DNA of 64,000 nucleotides from Bacteroidota bacterium (GTDB lineage Bacteria > Bacteroidota > Bacteroidia > NS11-12g > UBA955). Position numbers and translations under genes: made by a program. A model generated the notes under the pieces. The model saw nothing but the letters and a program-made list of their open reading frames with translations. It had not been told where the DNA came from and did no database searches. This document shows, one piece after another, positions 18,469 through 27,743 of the stretch (position 1 is its first letter; every line of letters begins with the position of its first letter). The stretch is from positions 44,659 to 108,658 of the forward strand of contig JANXMZ010000003.1 in NCBI GenBank assembly GCA_025354385.1. Direction: 5' to 3'.

Positions 18469-20613
18469 ATGTTCATTAAAAATAAATTAAAAATTACACT
18501 CATTATTCTTATCGCATTTGTTTTAAAATCACATAAAACAGACGAGGGCATGTTTCCACTTAGCCAATTAAGTCAGGTTGATTTTAAGGCCGCTGGGTTC
18601 AATATTTCTCAAACAGATGTTTATAATCCAGATGGTATTGCCTTAACCGATGCCCTTGTTAGATTGGGCGGATGCACGGGTTCATTTGTTTCAAAAGAGG
18701 GACTAATTGTTACTAACCACCATTGTGTATTTGGAAGTGTTGCTGGCTTGAGTAATAAAGACAATGATTATCTTGAAAATGGTTTTTATGCCTCAGACAA
18801 AACCAAGGAATTGAAAATTGGATTGACTTGCAGAATTACCAAAAGTTATGAAGATGTAAGTTCTAAAGTACTGAATGGCGTAAAACCAGAAATGAGTCCT
18901 GCACAAAAAAATAATATTATTACTGAAAATATTAAATCAGTTACGCAATATGAGCAAGCCCAATATCCTGAATTGGCCATTGAAATAAGTGAAATGTTTG
19001 TGGGATACAGTTATACCCTATTCCGTTACCAAACCTTGAAAGATGTGCGTTTGGTATATGTACCACCCCGCACAATTGGCGAATTTGGCGGAGAAACAGA
19101 TAATTGGGAATGGCCGAAACACACTGGTGATTTTAGTTTTGTAAGGGCCTACGTTGGTCCAGATGGAAAACCGGCTGAATACAATTTGAACAATATACCC
19201 TACACACCCAAAAAACATTTAACCATTAACCCTAGGGGCACGAAAGAAAAAGATCTTGTATTTATATTGGGCTACCCTGGCACTACATACCGCCATGAAC
19301 CATACCAATTTTTGGAATACCAACAGGAATTCGTATTGCCATTTATAAGTGAATGGTACGGCTGGCGCATTAACAAAATGGAAGAACTTGGCAAGACTGA
19401 TAGAAACCGTTATTTAAGACTTGCGGGCACTATTAAAAGTTTAGCCAATACCAAGAAAAACTATGAGGGCAAAATATTTGGCTTGAGAGAGACAGGCCTA
19501 TTGGATATTAAAAAAGATGAGCAAGAAAAATTGCAAAACATGATAACTGGCAAAGAAAGTATAGATTTCTTTAACATTATAGACAGTATTTATTCTAAAC
19601 GATTGTCTACAGCTACGCACGATTTATTGCTGAACCGATTTAACAATGATTGCGGCACTTTTACGGCTGCACTTATTATAGAATCTAATAAACTAAGTAA
19701 AGATAAATTGCATAAAGGCAAATTACCCGCCAAAACAGATACTGAATTTTGGAACAAATGGAAATCATCTGTTACAAAAACTTTGAAAGAAAGATACAGA
19801 ATAGCAGATGTGGAATTAGACCAAGCCATTCTGGAAGAATTGGTAAAAAGGGGAAAACGTTTGCCAAAAGGATCGGGCATTGCCTCTTTGAAAAATATAA
19901 AAAAACCGGGTAAATGGATTGTAAAAGCATACGAAGAAAGTTATTACGATGAACCAACAAAACTTTACAAAATGATAGACAGTGTGCCTTGGTTGGTGTA
20001 TCAAAATAAATCTAAATTAAGTAAGCTAGCTGGCGCAATGCGTCCAGAACTTATTCAATTAGGTGAAGAGCAAACTGCACAAAATGATAAATTAGACGAG
20101 CAATTACCTCATTTATTAGATGCTAAATTAAAATACGGCAAGAAAAAATTTATACCCGATGCCAACAGCACCCTGCGTTTTACGTATGGATATATCAGCG
20201 GTTATAAAGAAGGATTGAACAAACACAGAGAACCATATACCCATCGCAAAGAAATATTTGATAAAAATGCGACGGACAATGTTGACTATAGATTATCGAC
20301 ACCCGTAAGAGATTTATTGAAAACAGAAGTAATAGCCCAAGAATTATTAGACCCTACCACCAATGATTTAGTGGTGTGCATGCTTTATAATTTAGATACC
20401 ACTGGCGGCAATAGCGGTAGCCCAGTAATGGATGCCAATGGTCAATTAGTGGGCGTTAATTTTGACAGGGCCTACACTGCAACTTTAAATGATTTTAGCT
20501 GGAATGCGGATTATAGTAGAAGCATTGCAGTGGATATTCGCTATGTATTATTCACCATGAAGTATTTGAACCATGCAGATAATTTACTGAAGGAGATGGG
20601 AGTGAATTTATAA
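18469..20613 (+). CDS. S46-family dipeptidyl-peptidase (DPP7/DPP11-like)
   Basis: Mature N-terminus DEGMFPL, catalytic His motif VTNHHCV, catalytic Ser motif TTGGNSGSPV; 714 aa. Confidence 0.85.
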   Translation: MFIKNKLKITLIILIAFVLKSHKTDEGMFPLSQLSQVDFKAAGFNISQTDVYNPDGIALTDALVRLGGCTGSFVSKEGLIVTNHHCVFGSVAGLSNKDNDYLENGFYASDKTKELKIGLTCRITKSYEDVSSKVLNGVKPEMSPAQKNNIITENIKSVTQYEQAQYPELAIEISEMFVGYSYTLFRYQTLKDVRLVYVPPRTIGEFGGETDNWEWPKHTGDFSFVRAYVGPDGKPAEYNLNNIPYTPKKHLTINPRGTKEKDLVFILGYPGTTYRHEPYQFLEYQQEFVLPFISEWYGWRINKMEELGKTDRNRYLRLAGTIKSLANTKKNYEGKIFGLRETGLLDIKKDEQEKLQNMITGKESIDFFNIIDSIYSKRLSTATHDLLLNRFNNDCGTFTAALIIESNKLSKDKLHKGKLPAKTDTEFWNKWKSSVTKTLKERYRIADVELDQAILEELVKRGKRLPKGSGIASLKNIKKPGKWIVKAYEESYYDEPTKLYKMIDSVPWLVYQNKSKLSKLAGAMRPELIQLGEEQTAQNDKLDEQLPHLLDAKLKYGKKKFIPDANSTLRFTYGYISGYKEGLNKHREPYTHRKEIFDKNATDNVDYRLSTPVRDLLKTEVIAQELLDPTTNDLVVCMLYNLDTTGGNSGSPVMDANGQLVGVNFDRAYTATLNDFSWNADYSRSIAVDIRYVLFTMKYLNHADNLLKEMGVNL

Positions 20614-20620
20614 AAGTTGC

Positions 20621-21076
20621 TCAACCTTTAGATATTGTGAATCCTGATATTACAGGCAAATTACAATAACAATTATAAGTAGTCTGGTACAAGGTACTGT
20701 CTGAATTTAATTCATTTTTCTTTAAATAAAATTTAGTATTTGTGCTATCCTGAGCAAAGATATTTACAATAAAATACTTTTTGTTGGCGTGTCCTATAAT
20801 TTTAGTTTCATTCCAACATAAACTATCAATAGTATCCATAATAATTATTTTACTTAATTCCTTGTTTATCCTTTGTGCTATAGAATAAGTTCTTTTATTG
20901 AGATAGATGTTCTTATTCAAGAACAACTCATTATTGTTATAATGGTATGACGATTTAATAACCTCTCCATCTATCATATTGGCTAAACGAAAAGGCATAC
21001 TTATAATGTAAAATCCTAAGGTGAGTATTAGGGTAAGAAATAAAAATCCAAGTACTATATGCTTATTAATTTTCAT
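20621..21076 (-). CDS. Hypothetical membrane-anchored protein (Asn/Lys-rich, very AT-rich gene)
   Basis: 151-aa ORF with one N-terminal TM (IVLGFLFLTLILTLGFYII). No recognisable motif. Confidence 0.4.
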   Translation of the reverse strand: MKINKHIVLGFLFLTLILTLGFYIISMPFRLANMIDGEVIKSSYHYNNNELFLNKNIYLNKRTYSIAQRINKELSKIIIMDTIDSLCWNETKIIGHANKKYFIVNIFAQDSTNTKFYLKKNELNSDSTLYQTTYNCYCNLPVISGFTISKG

Positions 21077-21101
21077 TGCTTACTTGAAACTGTACTTTAC
21101 T

Positions 21102-21749
21102 TTAAATCGTATTGTCTTCGCCAAATTTTTGTTGGTAGTCTATGCGCGATTTATTTATCACTTCATAGGCTTCTTGTTTACCATACACACTTGTAATTTC
21201 AACTGTAGGCACTTCGACTCCAGGTATATTTTTATAGGTTAAGAAATAATGTTTGAGGCGATTGATTAAAATTTCGGGCACATCCACTATATCTTTCCAC
21301 GAGGCGTATACCTCATCATTTTTGAGTACGGCAATAATTTTATCGTCGGCCTCGCCCTTATCTATCATCCGTAAACCACCAATTGGAATGGCATGCAATA
21401 AAAAATCGCCATTGGGAATATTCGGTTCACAAAGCACACAAATATCTAAGGGATCGCCATCACCATTTGCTATTGTTTTACCAGTTTGTTGTGAAGCATA
21501 TTCTGCGATTAAAGTTCCGCAATATGTTTGAGGAATAAAACCATACAATGCTGGGGCTACATTCGAAAATTTCTGTGGACGGTCTATCATCAGAATGCCA
21601 CTACTTTTATCTATTTCGTATTTAACCGTATCTCTTGGTACTAGTTCAATATAGGCAGTTACTTCTTGGGGCAAATTATTACCGGGGCTAACACCATGCC
21701 AAGGATGTGCTTTGTAGGGGTTGATTTTTTCCACCCTCTTATTTATCAA
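21102..21749 (-). CDS. ppa: Inorganic diphosphatase (family I)
   Basis: YEIDK, DGDPLDICVL, IDKGEADDKIIAV motifs. Confidence 0.85.
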   Translation of the reverse strand: MINKRVEKINPYKAHPWHGVSPGNNLPQEVTAYIELVPRDTVKYEIDKSSGILMIDRPQKFSNVAPALYGFIPQTYCGTLIAEYASQQTGKTIANGDGDPLDICVLCEPNIPNGDFLLHAIPIGGLRMIDKGEADDKIIAVLKNDEVYASWKDIVDVPEILINRLKHYFLTYKNIPGVEVPTVEITSVYGKQEAYEVINKSRIDYQQKFGEDNTI

Positions 21750-22257
21750 ATAAATACGCCTTTAATTCAACTGCATCTTCTGGCTTTAATTTACCAGCCA
21801 TTACCAAACGCACTTGTCTTCTGCGCAAGGCACCATCGTACTTTTGTCTTTCAGCATCCGTTTCCGGCTCAAGTTGTGGAACTTCTACCGGTCGGTTTCT
21901 CGAGTCGAGAGCAACAAAAGTATAATAAGCATCGTTGCATTTATAACGCTCGCCTTTGGGAATATTGTGCGCATACACTTCTATGTAAATTTCCATACTT
22001 GTATTAAAGGCACGGGTTACATAGGCTTCGAGCGTTACAACATCGCCCAAGCGAATACTCTCTTTGAAAGATACCCCATCCACGCTGGCGGTCACCACTA
22101 TGCTATTACTGTGTTTCTGGGCGGTAATGGCCGCTACAATATCCATCCAGTGCAATAATCTGCCCCCCATTAAATTATTCAAAGTATTAGTATCATTGGG
22201 CAAAACCAATTCATTCATGATGGTAAAAGAATCGGAAGGTTTTTTAACAATTGTCAT
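21739..22257 (-). CDS. Acyl-CoA thioesterase (hotdog fold, YciA/Acot-like)
   Basis: LVLPNDTNTLNNLMGGRLLHWMD...AAITAQKHS pattern; 172 aa. Confidence 0.7.
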   Translation of the reverse strand: MTIVKKPSDSFTIMNELVLPNDTNTLNNLMGGRLLHWMDIVAAITAQKHSNSIVVTASVDGVSFKESIRLGDVVTLEAYVTRAFNTSMEIYIEVYAHNIPKGERYKCNDAYYTFVALDSRNRPVEVPQLEPETDAERQKYDGALRRRQVRLVMAGKLKPEDAVELKAYLFDK

Positions 22258-22261
22258 AGTG

Positions 22262-22269
22262 CAAAATTA
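22262..22269 (-). promoter_or_regulatory. -7 box TAATTTTG(CA), 4 nt from the thioesterase ATG (leaderless geometry)
   Basis: Minus strand reads TAATTTTG-CACT-ATG. Confidence 0.45.
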
Positions 22270-22618
22270 ATAAAATCGCAGGGTTTTTGGATGGATAAAA
22301 TATTGATTGGGTTATAATTGATTTGAATGCATGGATTTTGAATGGGTTTGTCATTTTTTTGCATGAGCAAAAAAATCGCCAAAGCCCTCGTAGGTGTTTA
22401 GTTTTTTATTCAGATTCAACCACTTCGTGGTTGGGGCATCCTACTAATATGAGGCCTCCTTTTTACTTCAACCAATGCTTGGAGATGACAACCTATTTAC
22501 AAGATTGCAAATTATACCTTTATTACATTGTAGTCTCTCAATGTTTCCCATCCCTATTTCCTGAGCAATTAATTTGGTACATTGGTGTAATATTTTTTAG
22601 AAACAATTTCAATTATGT

Positions 22619-22626
22619 TATCTTCG
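22619..22626 (+). promoter_or_regulatory. -7 variant TATCTTCG(CA), 4 nt from the rpe ATG (leaderless geometry)
   Basis: Plus strand reads TATCTTCG-CACC-ATG. One deviation from consensus (TTCG for TTTG). Confidence 0.4.
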
Positions 22627-22630
22627 CACC

Positions 22631-23278
22631 ATGTCCTATAAAATAGCCCCTAGTGTACTTTCAGCAGATTTTGGCAATCTACAGAGAGATATTGAAATGA
22701 TTAATAAAAGTGAGGCCGATTGGTTTCATGTTGACATCATGGATGGGGTTTTTGTTCCTAATATTTCCTTTGGTTTTTCTGTTTTAACACCCTTAAAAAA
22801 ACATGCTACAAAACCTTTGGATGTGCATTTAATGATTGTTAATCCGGATCAATACATCACAAAATTTGCCGAAGCAGGCGCCACCGTTTTATCCGTTCAT
22901 ATTGAAGCGTGTAAACACTTACACAGAAGTATTCAAGCTATAAAAGCTGCCGGAATGAAAGCTGGAGTTGCCATTAACCCTCATACCAATGTGAATCAAT
23001 TGGAAGATGTAGCAGGCGATATGAACTTGGTATGTCTAATGAGCGTTAATCCTGGATTCGGTGGTCAGTCGTTTATTGAAAACACCTACCGCAAAATTGA
23101 ACAGTTAAAAAATATGCAAGCCCGATTGGGTGTTAATTTTGAGATAGAAATTGACGGAGGTGTTACTTTGAATAATTACAAGAAATTAATTGATACAGGA
23201 GCTACCGTATTGGTTGCAGGTAATACTGTGTTTGGATCTGATAACCCTTCTGCCACAATTTCGGCATTAAAGCAATAA
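22631..23278 (+). CDS. rpe: Ribulose-phosphate 3-epimerase
   Basis: PSVLSADF, HVDIMDGVFVPNISFG, MSVNPGFGGQSF, EIDGGV. Confidence 0.92.
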   Translation: MSYKIAPSVLSADFGNLQRDIEMINKSEADWFHVDIMDGVFVPNISFGFSVLTPLKKHATKPLDVHLMIVNPDQYITKFAEAGATVLSVHIEACKHLHRSIQAIKAAGMKAGVAINPHTNVNQLEDVAGDMNLVCLMSVNPGFGGQSFIENTYRKIEQLKNMQARLGVNFEIEIDGGVTLNNYKKLIDTGATVLVAGNTVFGSDNPSATISALKQ

Positions 23279-23318
23279 TTCAAATCAAAATTCGTTCAAT
23301 TCACATTATTCAGAATTA

Positions 23319-25856
23319 TTGAAACCGATTTTTGTACTCATACAATTAATTACATTTGGTCTTTTTCAGACGAATGCCCAAAATCAGGCAACGAGTGCTC
23401 CTACAAATTTCATTAAAGGAAAGGTGATAGATGCCAATATGCACCCCTTGAGTAATACCAATATCACTTATTCGCTTTCAACTGAACTTTACCATAGCGA
23501 CAGTGCAGGTAATTTCAAAATCCCCTACATCATTGGCAATAAAAACATCCTGACTTTCAGCCGTGCTGGAAAAATAACCCGAATTTTCAGAATACCCGAA
23601 TTAGAAGCCAATGAAGATTTTGATTTTGATGTAACATTGTCCGACAGCAATTATTTGATTACCACCTATACTGTTCAGGGCAGAAGACCTGAAGAGCCTA
23701 CTGGTCATATCAATTTCAAACCCATGAACAATGGCCCAGGTGTTTCTGGTGACTTTATGGATGGCATTAAAACACTGCCTGGTGTTGCTTCTGGCAATGA
23801 GTTGAGTTCTCAATACAATGTGCGTGGCGGTAGTTATGATGAGAATTTAATTTATGTAAACGATATGGAAATTTACAGACCTCAGCTTATTAGAAGTGGG
23901 CAGCAAGAGGGTTTAAGTTTTGTGAATGGCGATTTGGTGAGCAATGTTTCTTTTTCTGCAGGCGGTTTCGAAGCCAAGTATGGCGATAAATTATCATCTG
24001 TTCTGGATGTAAGCTATAGAACACCTAAAAAAACAGCAGGTGGTTTTTCAGGAGGATTGCTTGGCGGTAGCGCTTACATTGAAGGTATTAAAACAATTAG
24101 AGACAAAATGAGAGACAGTGGGCGAATAACTAAATTCACTTATCTGATTGGTGCCCGTTACAGAGGCAATAAGAACGTTTTAAAAGCTACGGATGTTTCC
24201 GGCAGTTACAAATCGCGCTTTAGCGATTTTCAATCCCTATTTGTTTATCATCTGAATAAACGAAACAGAATAGAATTACTAATAAATCTTGCCCAAAACC
24301 AATATAGACTAGAACCAGAACATCAAGAAACAACATTTGGCACCTTGCAAAACTCGCTACGACTCAGTATTAATTTTGAGGGTCAAGAAATAATGGACTA
24401 CAACAGTGCTATGTCCGGTCTTTCCTATATTTATTACACCAAAACAACTGAATTAAAATTCATTGCATCAGCATTTGTTTCGCAAGAGAGTGAGCATTAC
24501 GATGTGCAAGGTCAATATGATATTAAACAAGTTAATAATAATTTAGGATCTAGCAGTTTTGGCGATGCCACTACCCTTTTGGGTCTTGGTTATTTTATTA
24601 ATCATGCCCGCAACGATTTGTATTTTACTGTTGCCAATATTGCGCATCAAGGCCTAAAAAAAATAATTATTAATGGGCATACTACCCGTTTACTTTGGGG
24701 TATTAAATACCAAACTGAGGTCATACACGATCGATTTAAAGAATGGAAGTATAGCGATTCAAGCGGTTATAATATGAGTCCTTACAAAACAGATAAGGCC
24801 ATTGAATTGAATGATTATATCAATTCTAAAACGGATATTATTAATCATAAAACTTCTGGATTTGTTCAGTATCAAAAAGGATTTGGGCAATTTGACCAAG
24901 TAAATTTTACTGTTGGTACCCGTTATCACTTTTCCAGTCTAAATCAGCAATCTTTAATTTCGCCTAGGGCGCAGCTGTATTATGAACCCAATAGAAAGTA
25001 TAACCAAAGGCATAGAAATGATAGTTTTAAAAAGAAAAACACTTTAATAAAATTTGCATTTGGTTATTATTATCAACCTCCATTTTATAGAGAGATGCGA
25101 AATTTTGACGGTGTTATAAATACCAATTTAAAAGCACAAAGAAGCATACACGGAGTGAGCGGTCTGGAATTTGGTTTTAAAAAATGGGGCCGTCCATTTA
25201 AATTTATGGTTGAAGGATATTACAAACAGTTGGATTACCTGGTTCCATACTTATTGGACAATGTGCGTATTCGCTATTATGCAACTAATACAGCCCGTGG
25301 TTATGCTACAGGGATTGATAGCAGACTGAATGGTGAATTTATAAAAGGTATTGAAAGTTGGTTCAGTCTAAGTGTATTGAAAACAGATGAAAAAATCATG
25401 TATGTAAAAAATGGTAATACTATTGAGACACCTTTTTTACGCAGACCAACAGACAGAAGAGTAAGCGCTTCTATTATGTTTCAAGATGAGTTGAATAGTA
25501 ACCCCGATTACAGAGTGCATTTAATGATGAATTTTGGCAGTGGCCTACCCTACTATTTAGGAGGCGATGCGCGGTATACACAAGGTAACAGATTACCACC
25601 GTACAGAAGAGTTGATATTGGATTTAGCAAAGTGCTGTTGGGAGGGGTGAGTGAAAAACAAAAATTATATGCCGTAAAACACAAAGACAAACAAAAGTTT
25701 GAAACGCTTTGGCTGGGTGTAGATGTTTATAATTTGCTTCAAATCAACAATGTTATCAGTTATATTTGGGTGAAAGATTTTCAAAATAACACCTATGGTG
25801 TGCCCAATTATTTAACAGGAAGAAGATTAAATGTAAAGCTAGTCGGTAAATTTTAA
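23319..25856 (+). CDS. TonB-dependent outer-membrane receptor with N-terminal carboxypeptidase-regulatory-like domain (no SusD partner)
   Basis: TTG start; signal peptide; GKVIDANMHPLSNTNI (CarbopepD_reg-like); plug-like region; C-terminal beta-barrel ending ...RRLNVKLVGKF. Confidence 0.8.
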   Translation: MKPIFVLIQLITFGLFQTNAQNQATSAPTNFIKGKVIDANMHPLSNTNITYSLSTELYHSDSAGNFKIPYIIGNKNILTFSRAGKITRIFRIPELEANEDFDFDVTLSDSNYLITTYTVQGRRPEEPTGHINFKPMNNGPGVSGDFMDGIKTLPGVASGNELSSQYNVRGGSYDENLIYVNDMEIYRPQLIRSGQQEGLSFVNGDLVSNVSFSAGGFEAKYGDKLSSVLDVSYRTPKKTAGGFSGGLLGGSAYIEGIKTIRDKMRDSGRITKFTYLIGARYRGNKNVLKATDVSGSYKSRFSDFQSLFVYHLNKRNRIELLINLAQNQYRLEPEHQETTFGTLQNSLRLSINFEGQEIMDYNSAMSGLSYIYYTKTTELKFIASAFVSQESEHYDVQGQYDIKQVNNNLGSSSFGDATTLLGLGYFINHARNDLYFTVANIAHQGLKKIIINGHTTRLLWGIKYQTEVIHDRFKEWKYSDSSGYNMSPYKTDKAIELNDYINSKTDIINHKTSGFVQYQKGFGQFDQVNFTVGTRYHFSSLNQQSLISPRAQLYYEPNRKYNQRHRNDSFKKKNTLIKFAFGYYYQPPFYREMRNFDGVINTNLKAQRSIHGVSGLEFGFKKWGRPFKFMVEGYYKQLDYLVPYLLDNVRIRYYATNTARGYATGIDSRLNGEFIKGIESWFSLSVLKTDEKIMYVKNGNTIETPFLRRPTDRRVSASIMFQDELNSNPDYRVHLMMNFGSGLPYYLGGDARYTQGNRLPPYRRVDIGFSKVLLGGVSEKQKLYAVKHKDKQKFETLWLGVDVYNLLQINNVISYIWVKDFQNNTYGVPNYLTGRRLNVKLVGKF

Positions 25857-25871
25857 TAACTGCTAAATGTA

Positions 25872-26876
25872 CTATGGTTTTCTTTTTTGATAAACCCTTA
25901 CCCAGTCAACAACAAACTGGTTGCCTTTGAAACCTTCAGGCAAATATTTTAAATATTTTTGTTCGAAACAATTATTGATTACCATGACCATTTCATCATC
26001 TAACCATTTTCGTAATCTCTTGTTAACTCTGATATAATTAACCAGTTTTCCATCTGTATAAAACTTTAGATATTTGGGATTCCATTCGCAACCGTATACG
26101 TGAAAAACAGTATCGGTATTGTTTGGTAAATTTATTCTCTTTGTAATATAACCCATGGATTTTTTACCACTTTTACCCCAATGAATGGTGGCATATTGAT
26201 TGTGAATAGCGCCATTTCCTTTGCGGCCATACATTTCATAAATATCTATTTCTGGCGGCCAGCGGTGAGCACCAGTTAGCCAAAATGCAGGCCATGTTGC
26301 TGGCCCTGAAGGATTTTTAGAACGTATTTCAAAATAACCGTACTTCTGACTAAAAGACACATCTGAATTGATTAAGCCAACCGCGTATGGAATGGTAAAT
26401 GTTGTATCTGTTTTTACATACGTTTTAGGACTATAAGCACCCCCAAGATATAAAAATCCATCTTTGGTTTTTATTTCATTGCTAGAATAGTATTGGTGAA
26501 GATAAGCAGAATGGTATTCGCCCCATGCCTGACCCTTGCGCCATTTTTTTGTGTCCAAGGTATCAAAATTATCGAAGAAGGTTAAGGTCCAGCCCGGTTT
26601 AAATGGCATGGTATCTGCCGTTTTTAATTCAGGTTTATTGAGTGAATACCCAGTTTGAATTACTGCGTTGCGAATGCTTAAATGATTTTTAAAATAAAAC
26701 AGTTTGATGGGTCTTTTATTTTCCCCCAGTGTATCCTTTTCTGTTTGTGAATTTAATTGGATTGAAAAACAAAACAAACAAATTAGTAATATTCCTAATG
26801 GCTTCTTCGTACCTAAAATAACCAAGCACCTATTCTTATAGAAAAAATGTGTGAAAGACCTGAAAATGTATTTCAT
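25872..26876 (-). CDS. Glycoside hydrolase family 16 (beta-glucanase/laminarinase-like)
   Basis: WPAFWL followed by the catalytic E-x-D-x-x-E motif as PEIDIYE; C-terminal VDWVRVYQ. Confidence 0.75.
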   Translation of the reverse strand: MKYIFRSFTHFFYKNRCLVILGTKKPLGILLICLFCFSIQLNSQTEKDTLGENKRPIKLFYFKNHLSIRNAVIQTGYSLNKPELKTADTMPFKPGWTLTFFDNFDTLDTKKWRKGQAWGEYHSAYLHQYYSSNEIKTKDGFLYLGGAYSPKTYVKTDTTFTIPYAVGLINSDVSFSQKYGYFEIRSKNPSGPATWPAFWLTGAHRWPPEIDIYEMYGRKGNGAIHNQYATIHWGKSGKKSMGYITKRINLPNNTDTVFHVYGCEWNPKYLKFYTDGKLVNYIRVNKRLRKWLDDEMVMVINNCFEQKYLKYLPEGFKGNQFVVDWVRVYQKRKP

Positions 26877-26884
26877 ATCGTTAT

Positions 26885-26892
26885 CAAAATTA
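26885..26892 (-). promoter_or_regulatory. -7 box TAATTTTG for the GH16 gene
   Basis: Exact match, 8 nt from the ATG at 26876. Confidence 0.45.
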
Positions 26893-26900
26893 GTTTCTTA

Positions 26901-26940
26901 AAAACAAAAAAGCAAGTATCCCTTCGAATACTTGCTTTTT
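26901..26940 (-). terminator. Intrinsic terminator of the sdhCAB operon (also hairpin-competent on the plus strand)
   Basis: AGCAAGTAT-CCCTTCGA-ATACTTGCT: perfect 9-bp stem flanked by A/T runs, 21 nt beyond the sdhB stop. Confidence 0.8.
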
Positions 26941-26960
26941 GTTTAGTAGTTTATAAATTT

Positions 26961-27707
26961 TTATTTTCCAGTTAGATTAGCAGAGAAAAACTCTCTGTTC
27001 ATTCTAGCGATATTACTTAAGTCGATACCTTTAGGGCACTCGGCACTACATGCACCAGTATTGGTACAGCTACCAAAGCCTTCGGCATCCATTTGATTTA
27101 CCATGGCCATTACGCGCATTTTAGCTTCGGGTTGACCTTGAGGTAACAATGCCAATTGAGATACTTTAGCTGATACAAATAACATTGCACTCGCATTTTT
27201 ACAAGCTGCAACACAAGCTCCACAACCAATACAAGCTGCACTCATAAAGGCCTCATCTGCCTGTTCTTTACCAATCGGTAAATTATTGGCATCTTGCGCA
27301 TTTCCTGTATTAACTGATATAAATCCACCGGCAGCGATAATTCTATCGAAGGCTGTTCTATCTACTGATAAATCTTTAGTTACGGGAAATGCACCTGCTC
27401 TCCAAGGCTCAACAACAATGGTATCACCATCGCTAAATGAACGCATGTGCAACTGGCAAGTGGTAACACCAGCCAATGGACCATGTGGACGGCCATTAAT
27501 GTGCATGCTGCAACTCCCGCAAATTCCCTCACGGCAATCGTGGTCGAATGCAATTGGATCATCCCCTTTTGTAATCAATTCCTCGTTCAATACGTCGAAC
27601 ATTTCTAAGAAAGACATGTCTGGAGAAACGTGATCTACTTTATAATCTTTTAATTCACCTTTGGCTTTGTTATTTTTTTGACGCCAAACCTTTAAATTAA
27701 TTTTCAT
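26961..27707 (-). CDS. sdhB: Succinate dehydrogenase/fumarate reductase iron-sulfur subunit
   Basis: Three Cys clusters: [41 protein letters not shown]. Confidence 0.9.
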   Translation of the reverse strand: MKINLKVWRQKNNKAKGELKDYKVDHVSPDMSFLEMFDVLNEELITKGDDPIAFDHDCREGICGSCSMHINGRPHGPLAGVTTCQLHMRSFSDGDTIVVEPWRAGAFPVTKDLSVDRTAFDRIIAAGGFISVNTGNAQDANNLPIGKEQADEAFMSAACIGCGACVAACKNASAMLFVSAKVSQLALLPQGQPEAKMRVMAMVNQMDAEGFGSCTNTGACSAECPKGIDLSNIARMNREFFSANLTGK

Positions 27708-27743
27708 TTTTGCTAATTATTTTTTGTTTAATAAACTTATCCC

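Noticed and set aside
19590-20004. Three minus-strand ORFs (62-96 aa)
   Set aside because: They are antisense within the S46 peptidase gene.
21666-22270. Plus-strand ORFs of 113, 114 and 68 aa
   Set aside because: They are antisense to the ppa and thioesterase genes and have no motifs.
23279-23318. Cobalamin or other riboswitch ahead of the TonB-dependent receptor; FMN riboswitch ahead of ribH
   Set aside because: The gap before the receptor gene is only 40 nt. ribH is translationally coupled to the upstream TPR gene, with no leader. No riboswitch-like conserved cores were seen.
27286-27633. 115-aa plus-strand and 60-aa minus-strand (other frame) ORFs
   Set aside because: They lie inside sdhB, whose three Fe-S cysteine clusters fix the real frame.
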